A DNA stretch of 62,958 nt, the filler included, from Lenisia limosa (taxonomy: Eukaryota > Protista > Breviatea), in assembly GCA_001655205.1 (NCBI GenBank). It is 6 parts of 6 records of this genome, joined end to end, with 100 filler letters (N's around TTAATTAATTAA, not from the genome) between each part and the next. Parts side by side here need not be neighbours in the genome. Positions count along the whole stretch, not along the records: positions 16,546 to 30,251 come from LPNZ01001641.1; positions 30,352 to 54,923 come from LPNZ01001855.1; 4 more parts are not named here. One strand, given 5' to 3'. A program made the translations under genes and the position numbers. Below the pieces are notes generated by a model. The model searched no databases. It was not told where the DNA came from and worked only from the letters and a program-made list of their open reading frames with translations. Positions 26,812-38,476 of this stretch are shown piece by piece. How positions within the stretch are numbered: the first letter of the stretch is position 1; each line of letters starts with the position of its first letter.

Positions 26812-27441
26812 ACAATCAGGCGGTACTATCATATGTTTGTACTTTTGTTAAAGATGATTAACTTTATATTATTGTAATGATTGTAATTGTTCATGATTGT
26901 CAAGTGTAGACTTTTCATGGTCACTCTACATGTACGATTGTCTTGTTCAATTTTCAGTTGTGTGTTTTATTTCAACCTTTGGGGCTTGATTGGCCTCTAC
27001 TTTGTTTTGTTGATTCCTTGAGCACGTCCTCCTTCAGGGGCTCTTCCCACACTTCATCAAATGCTGTCAATAACGATGTCCCATTCGCATGTTACAATCC
27101 AACTATTTTTGTTTCACACATTTCCAATTTTACACTCATTAGGGACTTGACGAGCAGATGACTGGCAACCTCAGAGGGTGCTGTAAGAAGAAGGATTAAT
27201 TAGATTATGTCACTAATGTTATGAGTTATGGTTGTACCAATAAAATTTTCTGATCTTACTGGACCGTATTAGGGCGCAAGCGGGGGTTCAATTTCACAAA
27301 ATAACGGCTTCGATCAGATACATACAACCTTGTTACATTTCTGATTTCAATAGTAGTATAGTGTCATTCAACTGTCACCAATGGAATATGACAAGATACC
27401 TACATTACCATAGTATAAGGCTCAACTTAATGAGCCTTAAT

Positions 27442-30060
27442 TTAGAAGTTGAAAAAGTGCTTGCTGATGGTCAACGACATGAACACAGCGTAGATGAGAA
27501 TAACCATGATGCCGAGCGGCTTATTGAGAACGCCTAGCAAATTAATAAAAAGAATAATAAGAGGATGTAGAAGTTTATGGTTTATGGTTGAGGGGAGTGA
27601 AAATGTGAATATTTACTGTGTCTTAGGGTGTAAGATGTGAATGGTTATTGCGTCTTAGGGGTGTGAAAGTAGGAGTGATTTTGGAATTGACGGCTGTGGA
27701 TATGAGGGGTGCTTACATTATTTAGGAGTTGTGAAGGGATGGTACGTGAATGTTATCTTCGGTAGGGAAATGTGAAACCCCTTAAAACAGCCTGATACAT
27801 CATATGATATGTACCCCAACCACCCCCCAAAATAATAACAATTAAATATAGCAATCATAAAAAAATTCGTAAATCTAGACATGATCCCCCTGCCCACCCT
27901 TGTTGAAGATCGGATAGACAGAAAGAAGGAAAAGGTTGATGATGGTGGCAATTGCACACGCAGCAAGGTCAAAGCCCAATGACAACGTTTGTGTCCCGTC
28001 CTTTAGACAAAGGTAGAGGTAGGACCCTCCAACACCTAGAAGAAGATCTGGGGGGATGATACATACATACAGTATATATATTATATCATATAATATTATT
28101 ATTATTATTTTTTTTTTTTTGGGGGAGGTAGTAAAAATGGAAAATGTATGAACCCGTGAAGGTGGGGGGGTACGTCAAAAATTATCAGGTTCATTTTAAT
28201 TACTTACCATTAACTAAAAAAAGACTGAATCACCTTAAAATACCAAATGAGTTATGGAATACCCCCCTCCCCNNNNNNNNNNNNNNNNNNNNNNNNNNNN
28301 NNNNNNNNNNNNNNNNNNNNNNNNNNNNNNNNNNNNNNNNNNNNNNNNNNNCCAAGACATGCCGACATTCCGCATTCGCCGCATCCGCTGCGGGCAACCT
28401 AAAACGTCGTCAGGAGCAATACTGAATTTCTCGATACATAATATCTAAAAATAAACTATCATATGTATATCACATGAAAGAAGGTTAGCTTAGCCAATTA
28501 TTCAAAAAGAAACTATTGATTATCAATGCAGATACACATATATTATGTAAATGTGGCTTTGCATAAAAGACTTAGCTTACCGATACATTTGCAACACAGT
28601 CACCCATTCCGTTTGCCCAGGCCAAGACTAAAACATGAAGAAAGAAGAGCAAAAAAAAAAACCATGAAAGAGAAAATATTGAAGAAGGACAAAACAATAA
28701 AAAAAAGGAGATTGAATATTGCAGAAAGACTCAATAATACAGAAAGAGAGACTGAATGATCGAAGTACAGTCACCCCCAATTTAGGACTAAATAATGAAA
28801 AGTAAAACAAAAAGCAAGACTAAATTGTGGAGACAAAATGCTAATGAAGAAAGACTACTCATTATGATATATTAGGAAAGAGACTAAATTGTGAAAATAC
28901 AGTCACCCCCAGAAATAGTGAAAAAAAAAAATACATAAGAAAGAGGGACCAAACAATGGGGCTTAAAAAACAAGAGCAGAAAGAGGATTTGCTCCGCACT
29001 CTTAGGTCATTTGGTATATCAATGTACTGCCGACTCAAGCAGCCACCGTCCGCAGTCACCCTCCTTCCTCCCCCGTATCCTCGTATCCCTCCACCCTCAA
29101 ACGAGCACAACTTTCACCAAAAGCCCCCCTGCCCATACTTAATCCACCCACCTGTTAACCCAATAAGGGCCTCTTCAATACGCAGCACCACTCCGAAAGT
29201 CTAAAGCGTGAAATTACGTGCACATGTGGAAACACGTAAATAAATCAAAATCATTTGCTTTTCATTTGTTTGTGTGGAAGGCTTTCCAACAGTAAGATAT
29301 GAAATATAGATTTCGGGCTAATTTCCTCAAACAACCAATTCTATAGAGCTTGCGCTTTCACCAAAACAGCAACCCACCCTGAGGAGAGACACAACTTCGT
29401 CAGCTAGCTTGAAGATCCACACAGTGGCCATGACAAACGCAATCGTACTGAAAACCTACGATGTTATAATAAAGGTGTTAGTTACATTTCGTACAAAAGC
29501 GCCTGATAGTAGTGTTATTTGTATGTATTTGTAGAAATGAGCTTTAAAAAAGGCATAATTATTTGTTGAAAAAAANNNNNNNNNNNNNNNNNNNNNNNNN
29601 NNNNNNNNNNNNNNNNNNNNNNNNNNNNNNNNNNNATATGAAGAGGTGTTACTAGGTGAGACATAAAAAAATGTGTTTTATGCTTTCAAAAAAGAAAAGA
29701 TCTATTCAAACCTGCAAAATTGAGGTTGTAATATGTACATAGTATGTGTAAAAAAAGAAAGATAAGGAACATTTACCCCTCATGTATTTGTAGAAATGTG
29801 AAATAATTAAGGCGATACGAATGAAGAAAAAAGCGTTGACAAAATAGAAGCCTTCGATACCATAAAGAAGGCAGGGCGTTTATTGTGCGTGGTAGTTGTG
29901 AGAACGAGCAACGATCCGAGTAATCCAAGAACTGCTGTGATCTATAGCGTGAACTTCTATACATCTGATTAGCCTGAGAGTATGAGTCTGTAAACTTAAA
30001 TCTATTTTACTGTCCGCGCGGTGGAGGCATAGTTTTGTTAATCTTAAGGTATCCCTGCGT
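27442..30060 (-). CDS. Cation/Ca2+ exchanger, CCX/NCLX-like, C-terminal half only; 5' part lost at a contig join
   Basis: Spliced exons give ITAVLGLLGSLLVLTTTTHNKRPAFFM/VFSTIAFVMATVWIFKLADEVVSLLR/TFGVVLRIEEALIGLT/VLAWANGMGDCVANVS/VARSGCGECGMSACLG (alpha-2 repeat). Last exon GVLNKPLGIMVILIYAVFMSLTISKHFFNF, TAA at 27442-27444. Confidence 0.82.
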
Positions 30061-30251
30061 ATCAAGATAAGGGGTTAATTCAAATGGTAGAAACTGCGGT
30101 AGAAAATGTAGATACACATAGGATTCTAATATAAAAGGTTATGGTCAATATTTCTATTCCTAGAAACCTAACATTAAGCTCTAAAATTTGTTGTTCCATA
30201 CATATTATTTTTTAAAATACTAATAATATGTAATATATTTCCAGTTGGTGC

Positions 30252-30351
30252 NNNNNNNNNNNNNNNNNNNNNNNNNNNNNNNNNNNNNNNNNNNNTTAAT
30301 TAATTAANNNNNNNNNNNNNNNNNNNNNNNNNNNNNNNNNNNNNNNNNNNN
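30252..30351. other. Artificial contig spacer
   Basis: TTAATTAATTAA at 30296-30307 within Ns. It separates the truncated formin from the truncated exchanger. Confidence 0.92.
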
Positions 30352-30411
30352 CATGCCTAAAACGGTAACTTCAGCAAAATTACTAAAAAAGGAAACTTGA
30401 ACATAACTCAC

Positions 30412-31368
30412 CTGGCATTGGTGGTGGTGGTGGTGGGCCTCCCATTCCTGAAGAAGGTTATGGTTTACAAATTGAAATCAATAATTTGCTCGTCACAAAC
30501 CTGGCATTGGAGGGGGAGGGGGAGGACCGCCAGACATTCCTGAAAGGGTTAATCACAGTATTTGAAATACTACACAAATCACCACATTAATAATAAATAT
30601 TGTCTAAGCTTATGCTGTATCCACGCTATATTGCCTCAACAAACCTGGCATTGGAGGGGGAGGGGGAGGGCCGCCAGACATTCCTGTGTTATTAGCGAGA
30701 GCAACATATTGAAATGATTAATATTCGAAACAAACCAGGCATTGGCGGGGGAGGAGGCGCGTTGACACCTAAGGTTTTTAATAAATGTGTGAATAAATAA
30801 ACATAAGGTGTTGCGGCTTACCACCAGGGGGCATTGGGGGAGGTGGAGGGCCATTGATACCTATATTATGAGTACAAATTGTAAATAACTAGGGCTACGG
30901 TCCCAAAAAAAAAGACTGAATTTCTCGATAAATTCTCAATAAATATCGATATTTTACCGGTCTTTTAACCGTAGGGAAGCCCTATCAATAACCTGGTCAA
31001 ATATCAATAGGCCCAATCATTCTCCTACCTCCTGCGGGCATTGGGGGAGGGGGGGGGCCGTTAATGCCTGGAACATTAAGTTCAGATGAGTTGAAGGAGG
31101 TTTTAAAAATGTGAATGTGGGAAGGACATTAAAAAAAAGGGGGTCATTTGATTGTGCAGCTTGGCATCCCATTCAAATAAATCTCAATACAACAAAAATG
31201 CGCCACCGTACCTCCAGCAGGCATGGGTGGCGGTGGTGGTCCGTTGATACCTGAAGCCAGGTGAAAAACCTCCCAAAAGCCACGTGAGAACCCCTCCAAT
31301 ACCAACCTCCAGAGGGCATGGGTGGTGGCGGCGGTCCTCCAGTTGCAGGTCCGGGCGGTCCTATACGG
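30412..31368 (-). repeat. Tandem array of short polyproline exons forming the formin FH1 domain
   Basis: Exons at 31212-31250, 31029-31067, 30822-30860, 30736-30768, 30645-30683, 30501-30539 and 30412-30447 (33-39 nt, each AG/GT bounded, phase 1), each encoding G-x-x-G/A-P5-7-M-P, plus one tract at the end of the preceding exon. Confidence 0.85.
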
Positions 31369-34300
31369 TCAATAGTTAGCATGTACAAACCGGCTGGTCG
31401 CGACTGCGCTTCCTTGAGGTCAGCACGAAGCTTATCCATTTCCTTAACTTGCTCCTTCAGCCTGTCAATCATCTTAAACGTCAGAATCTGCACAAAAGCC
31501 TAACCTTGACTTCTTCCTTCAGCTTCGGGATTTCAGCCGTATCTGCCTCAAGCTTCTTGACTACAAGGTCACAACCAAACAAGCAACAAACCTTGCTTCC
31601 TGAGCTCAGCAACAGGACCCAGACAGAAGCCGGCGACGGTCAGACCTGGCTCGGAGCCCGCCTCCACAAACACCGAAACTCCAGCTGCAACGTCAGCGGA
31701 CAGAAAAGGCCCACCCTTGGCATCCTTGGCCAGGCTGAGCAGAGGGGGCGTATCAGCTGCGATTCTCTGCAGGCTACCGGGGGGTGGTGGCACCTTTGTA
31801 GACACTTCTTCCTTCAGCGCTACAGTTGTCATAGAAACGCAAATCGTTGATCAGAAATCAATAGGTAGAAAAATTAATCTGCAGTTCCATTGCAGAGAGG
31901 AGCACAACCAACCTAAGAACTCCTCTTCAACCTTGCTGCCTGTACCACTTGCGCTTGCAGTTTCAAGCTCCTTAATCCGTGCCTTAGCAGCCAGAATCTT
32001 CTCCTCTGCCACCTTATGCTTTTCCTCCATAGCCTTGGCACGTTGTTCCGACTCTTCCGCCTCCTAAAGCATTATATTGTCCATGATTCAGTCAACGACA
32101 GCTGAATGAGGGCACTACCTTGGCCTTAGCCTGGAGGTCGGAGCTGGATGCGGATGTTGCGGCGGCGGCTGTAGCGGCCAGAGTAGCGGCTTGCTGGAGG
32201 GGGTCAACAACAGGCATTCCTTACCGATGCGTCTGATTGTGACTGTGAGAGTTCGGAAGTGAGTTTTTCCATTGTATTCTTTGTGGTTTGATGAGCGGTT
32301 TGTTCGGCTGTCAAACTAGAGGGTAAATTGCTGTTAGCCTCAGGCATACAGTGCACCAGATTCTTCGATTTTAGCATTAGCTCCAGCAAGTTCAGCCTTG
32401 AGAGATTCAATTTGAGTTTCGTGGGCCTGAAGTTGTGAAAACCGCCATATTTAGTCATGGATAAAGATGACCAGGAATCACCTCAAGCTTAGCCTTGGTC
32501 GCTTCCGCTTCAGCCAGCTGGGCTTTTGATGAAGACTCCATTGACGACTTGTGCTGAAGACGTCACAGGATAAAGGGGACTTACTTCAGCCTTGATGAGC
32601 AAGAGCTCCGCGTCAGCCACCTTCTTAGCTTCACGAAGGGCAACTGCTTCGCCTTGATTGTGAGATTGAAGACCGGCCCCAAAGGTTTGGTGATATCACA
32701 TACCTTCGGCCTTTGCTTGGAGAGAGGCGGCGGCAGACAAACGGCCAGCAAGCGCATTGATTTTTTCTCGTGATTCCGAAGCCGCTTTCTAAGAGAGTAA
32801 CTTCAAGAAAATAGCTAACACTTAAGCGTTTGACTTTGTCGGCTAAAAGCTCCATTTGTTCCCTTTCTTCAACTGCAAGTCCAAGTTCCTCACGAGAGAG
32901 GGAAATCTAAAAAGTAAAACCCAATAATACAAGAAGGTTTTCTTCACACATCAAAACTCAAACTTATTAATAGTGTTTTACTTAAAAATGTAAATTTAAA
33001 TAGGGGATTTTGGCCCACAGTTGGAGTATGCGAACAATATTTAAATAAATAAATAATTAAATATAAAAGACATACTACCTACCCCTTCTCCAGGCTGAAT
33101 ATTTTCAACACCCTTAGCAAGCTGGTGGATGAACGAGCTGCCAACTGACCACCATTTCAAACTACAAAATGATGAAACTGTTCTTCATTCTTTCATTAAC
33201 TAACACAATCATATTTGTTTTATTGGCTCCCCCCCCCCCCCNNNNNNNNNNNNNNNNNNNNNNNNNNNNNNNNNNNNNNNNNNNNNNNNNNNNNNNNNNN
33301 AAAAGATCAGCCTGAGGAGTAACAAAGAATAATAGAAAAGGCCAAGGGGCTACAGAGAAAAACAACAATAATTATAATCAAAACAGTACCCTCCAACCTC
33401 CACATCACTGTCTGAAGAAGCAAGCTGTCCCAGGTAGTGGAGCAGTGCTTGAGGGTTTCTACAAAGATCAGACCAATTGAATCCCGCTTCATAACCAACC
33501 GAACATCAACGTCACTGACACCAATCATCTCTTCCATTATCTGGGCGTCCGTCTTGATTTCTTCACAGTATGAGTCGATCACGTTCAAGAAGTTGCCCTT
33601 CGCTACTGGACGGAGTTTCTGTTTCGTGAATGGTTTCCTTCAAGACACAAACCTCCAAAATTTCGTCAATGCCAAGAAGGGTAAAGGACTGCCTGACGTG
33701 GCAACGGATATGAATATCGTCATTCGTATTTACGATTTCGTTGATGAGCGAGAGTGCGGTTTGCTGCACCATAGCATCGGAGGCGGACTTGAGTTGGAGG
33801 ATAATGGACTGGAAACGGTGGCGATGGCCTCGGACTTGTTGCAGGTTCTCAAAAGCTTTTACAATCAAACTGAAGAATAAGTCCCAAGCATAGGGAAAGC
33901 CCATTCACATACCTTTGCCCATACGGCAACTGGCAAATGACAGCAAGGAACTCAGAAACAAAGCACTGGTCTTTGCTGGGCCCGATGTCGTGTAACAGCG
34001 CAAGAGTTCGGATAATGTCGGGGCTTACCATCACTGCATCAATACCAATCTTGTATAATTAGTACCGAATAATATATGAATAGCGTCTCTCTCACTTGAT
34101 TGTTCATCAACTGGAAAACACAATGAGTGATTGCCGAAAGCATCTCAAAATCTTCGTGAGTTTTGCTGCAAAGTAAACCAACAAAAAGGTCTTCACGCCA
34201 CTAAGAAACGGTCCTTAACCCCTCAAACGCAATTCGCCGTTCATGTTTCTGCATGAGACTTGTGAGAAGCCCCAGGCCGTCAAGCTCAAGGAATCGGTTG

Positions 34301-34895
34301 ACCCATGTCATGGTGCGCGAGTGCAGCGCAACCTTTTGGATATTACCATTCATCCCAAAACATTCCCAAAGTATATAAAAATCCCTTGGTATATGCAGTG
34401 GACCTGCTTAGTTGCAAACCTTCAAGTTGATTAGATGGTCAAGGGTACACTCAGCCCTGATATGTTGGACATAGAACTCGGGTGGGGAAATCTTCTGAGC
34501 CTGGCTTGCGTCATTCAATTAGCTCGCAAATGTAATCAACATGAAGGCAAAAGAAAAAAGATATCTCAGGGCTGACCTCAGGTTCATGTAGAGACAAGAT
34601 TTTCCATTTCTGTTCCGGAGGCATCTTCATCATTGTCTCTAACTTCTCTCCTTTGACATTGAGCTCCTCCTACATTCATAAGACCCCCTCAACGGAAAAT
34701 CAAGGACAATTTACAACACATTCATCACAGATAGCAGACCACGAAGGCCTTGAAACGTGCTTCCAGCTCTTCAATTGGGGGCATTTCAGGTCCATCACCA
34801 TCGACTCTATGATAGTTATTTTCGTGAAAGAGAAACTGCGATACAAACTCTTGAAAATCTCCCTTCTTCTTCTTTTTTCTATTAAAAAGGGGCAT
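30412..34895 (-). CDS. Diaphanous-related formin: GBD/FH3, coiled coil and FH1; FH2 absent because the contig ends at ~30352
   Basis: ATG at 34895: MPLFNRKKKKKGDFQEVDGDGPEMPPIEELEARFKAFV, then MMKMPPEQKWKIL (Drf GBD pattern). FH3-like IIRTLALLHDIGPSKDQCFVSEFLAVICQLPYG. Coiled coil DRLKEQVKEMDKLRADLKEAQ, then eight polyproline tracts. Confidence 0.85.
30892..30982. mobile_element. MITE-like element, copy 3 (intron between formin FH1 exons)
   Basis: TA|GGGCTACGGT...ACCGTAGGGAAGCCC|TA with the same core as 26212-26306. Confidence 0.75.
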
Positions 34896-35409
34896 GGTGA
34901 ACGAATGGAAGCCTAGACTCCCAAATAACGCTTTAAAAGACCCTTTGTTTCTGTTATGCTATTACCAAGTTTGTTAATCTAATACATTTATATATTGCAA
35001 CAACCTTGTGATATCTTGGATAGATCAAGAAAAAAAGGAGCATAAATTCTCAATAAATTTTCGATAATTTTCGAAATAATAATGTGTGTTTTGTTTGGTC
35101 TTTTGGTCAAGCTATTGCTGGTAAACGTGTCTCGTTGTAGCTAACTGTAGGGAAAAGGTATAAGAAAGGTTGTAATTGTTGAAAATTGAAAAGGTGTGAA
35201 CCCCCACTTGCTTAGTAAAATGGCCTTTCCGCCTCAAACACAGGATAGTAGTGCAGTAAAGGGTATTTCTGGCTCGTCTACAGCTCCCACTGTTCAACAG
35301 CACCAGTCTTATTGTGATGAACTTTTGGAAAGAAATAAGGTATGAAAGAATAGGAATGTCTTTCAATAATACGCTTGTATAAATATAATATGTTTTTTTA
35401 GTCTGCACC

Positions 35410-38162
35410 ATGGGACAGAAGAGTGTGGATACAACTCCTGCAGCTTTTGCCGAAATTGAAGGTCTCGCAAGCCAGACCTATTGCACAGAGTGCCACCGAG
35501 AGATTCCCTGGTTCAAGTTTTGCGTAGGTCTATGAAATGTCGTTGACTATATAGCTGGTCAGCATTAATTAATCTTGAAGCGGAAGCAGGTAACCACGCA
35601 GAGATTGTCTCCATTTTCAATAAAGTGTTGAGAGGTCGGTTGAGATTACACTATAATACCCCCCCCCCCCNNNNNNNNNNNNNNNNNNNNNNNNNNNNNN
35701 NNNNNNNNNNNNNNNNNNNNNNNNNNNNNNNNNNNNNNNNNNNNNNNNNNNNNNNNNNNNNNNNNACAAGTCAGGAACCGCTGATGGAAGAGAAGCTCTT
35801 GAAGAAGCTTTCAAGGTACATAGCTACTCACATATTAACTTCCTCCAGATTGCACTGAAGTCAGTCGGAACTGATGTTCGGTCCGGACCTATTTGGAAGT
35901 CGTATCTTGTGTTCCTTAATACGGCTGATGCGGACAACCCACGTATGGAGTCTATCAAGAACAGCTTCATCCGAAAAACCTACCAGAAAGCCATTTCTAT
36001 CCCGCACAATGCGGTTGAGGAAATTTGGAGAGACTATGACCTTTTTGAAAACAAGCAGGATCCTACCCTGGTATGTTGCTTGAAATTGGCCTTAACATTC
36101 AGGCACGGGGGCTGATTTCTTCTCATAGTGGAAAATATACAGCTGCTCGCCAAGTCTTGCGCCAACGTATATCACTTCAATCCGTAAGCTTTAATATTGT
36201 CCATACTTGGCTAATTCTCAGGACCTTAACGCCGACCTCCTTGCGATTCCACCAGGACTGACTAAAGAAGTTGATTCACAGCAGGTTTGTCGATGATTGG
36301 AGGAGTGACCTTGCAGCTTGCTCTTTGGAGGCGGCTTGTGCAGTATGAGCTGACTAACCCGCTCAATGTTGACCAAGATATTGTTAACACTCGCGTCATA
36401 CTTCTGTACAACCAGTGTCTTTCAAGCTTTAGACACTACCCTCATATTTGGTTTGTGGTATACAGCCAACATTTGTTGTTGACTGTTTAGGTTTGAGCTT
36501 GCATCCTTCGTTGAAAATAATTCCAAAAATAAGGAAGCTGATACGATCGCTGTGTTCAAGCGGTAATCGGGAGCGGGTCATTGTAATTAATTCAACGAAA
36601 TCAAACTAATTTTCCACAGTGCTGCAATTGCTCTTCCCAAAACTCCTGTGATTCATTTCAAACTGGCAGACTTGTTGGATAACAAAAAAGAAAGAAAAGT
36701 GGGGAGTTGTTCTTTGGCAATGTCGTTTTGTTCGTGTCTTAGTCTCTAGGAAGCTCTAGAAGTTTACGAAGATTTGATTAAACAATTTGAAAAGGTAGGA
36801 ATTGACAAAAGCTATGGCTCACCAATTAGAAGGAAGATGTCCCTCCAGTTGTCTTGACCCAAATGATGCGTTTCATTCGGCGCACTGAAGGAATTCAACC
36901 TGCCAGGAAAGCATTCCTTCGTTTCAAAAACGAATACGAAATTGCTCCGTTATTTGTAGAAGGTGCTCGAATTGAAGCTTATGTAAACAACAGTCACAAG
37001 GTTAGTTTTCTTTAAAGAAGTCTAGTTGTATTCCTTTATTCCATTGTTTCACCAATTAGGCTGCAATTAATCTCTATGAGCTTGGGTTACAAACTCACCC
37101 ACAAGACCCCTCTATAGCAATCGCCTATTGTGATTTCCTTGTTCACCTCAATGTTGGCCTCTTCGCCTGATATCTCTCACATTCCAGGATCCAACTAACA
37201 CTCGCACTGTTTTTGAAAGAGTAATCACATCAGTCCCTCCTGAAAAGGTAGCGTTTCTATTCTGTATTGTTATCCCCCAGGCAAGGGAGCTTTGGTCGCA
37301 GTACGTGACATTTGAGGCGTCTGCATGCAGTGATCTGGTCATTGTCGACAAAGTTGTCAAGCGTCTCCGTGATGATGACACTACAGTGGGTAAATGGTCG
37401 TCTTTTAATTCCGCAGACCTCCGCTTCTTTCTATGCAAACCTCGATCGATACCGCACAGGGCCGAATTGGCCTGTTTTAGCTTCCGAACTTACCTTGCTT
37501 GAAAACAAAGTGGTAAGTCAGGGTCTATTTCAGCCTTCTTTGCGTTGATGTTCACGAAACAGTCATTCAGAGATGCGCCAGCCTCTAAGAAGAACTCCTC
37601 CAAGGCACCAGTCTGGGCCGGACCGGTGCCGGACCTTGGTCTCTTTAAGGTGAGACAAGGTTGCTGCTTATTGATTGTCTAGGTCTTCACACCGATGCCC
37701 CTTGAAACTCCTGCACCTCCTGGAGCAACAGCTCTTAGAGATAGTGGGTTTTGTCACCCCCTTTTTTATTTATTTATTATTTATTTATTATTACCTAGGT
37801 ACGAAGGAAATTCCCTTTGGAGATAGTAGCTGTCTTTCTTTGGTTTCAGCCCTCCTGACAACTCTCCCTTGCGCAATCAAATATAAAGGTGCAGTAGTGG
37901 AATTATTGAGCTTGTCACTTGTGTTCCGAATCTCACACAACAGGTCCGTCAGCTGACCCCGACAGCGTCATGGCTTCTCTAAACAACTTCCCAATTCCCC
38001 TGAAGAACCAAGTGACGGAAGGGGTATGTTTTTCTTTGGGATACTAATCATCACAGGATGCAACGCTTGCTCAGGCCTTGGACGCCAGCAGACGAGGACA
38101 ATGGGTTAGTTGATTTTTTTCTGGTAATTCTGACATTTTAGCCGGGTAGACGGCATTTCTAA
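35410..38162 (+). CDS. CSTF3: Cleavage stimulation factor 77 kDa subunit (CstF-77 / Rna14 / Suppressor of forked), HAT repeats
   Basis: ATG at 35410. Exons ALKSVGTDVRSGPIWKSYLVFL, FIRKTYQKAISIPHNAVEEIWRDYDLFENKQDP, LWRRLVQYELTNPLNVDQDIVNTRVILLYNQCLSSFRHYPHIW and ELWSQYVTFE match recalled Suf/Rna14 patterns. Confidence 0.9.
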
Positions 38163-38476
38163 TGGTGTTTCTTCACGATGTAATATTATTCTATTTTTTT
38201 CTTTGAACGAAGAGGTCACAGTCACAAGTCTTTCTTACCCACCCTGAATTTCAAACCCAATAATGCTTAGTATTGTTGAACTATAAGTTCTTTGCAACCA
38301 GTATTGTGAAATGAAGTCCTTGATTGCATGTGCATCAGGCCACAGGCCGGACTAGAAAAACGGCGTGTAACCAGAAAAATCTTTTGAAATTCGAAATTCG
38401 AAATTATAAAAAAATTGGATTAGAAGATCAGTAGCTTAATAGCAAAAAGAGTTCAGAGGGTAAGAGGCAAATCAGA

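Noticed and set aside
27000-27185. Small extra gene between the Dispatched-like gene and the exchanger
   Set aside because: Plausible exon-like segments exist on both strands and I could not choose between them or find a start; not supportable.
29576-30351. Half-size exchanger with only the alpha-2 repeat
   Set aside because: The 5' region runs into a gap and a contig spacer; the truncation is most likely assembly-related.
30352-30411. Formin lacking FH2 as a novel domain architecture
   Set aside because: The contig ends at an artificial spacer just after FH1, so FH2 is probably on another contig.
33437-33880. 147-aa + strand ORF
   Set aside because: Antisense shadow of formin FH3 exons.
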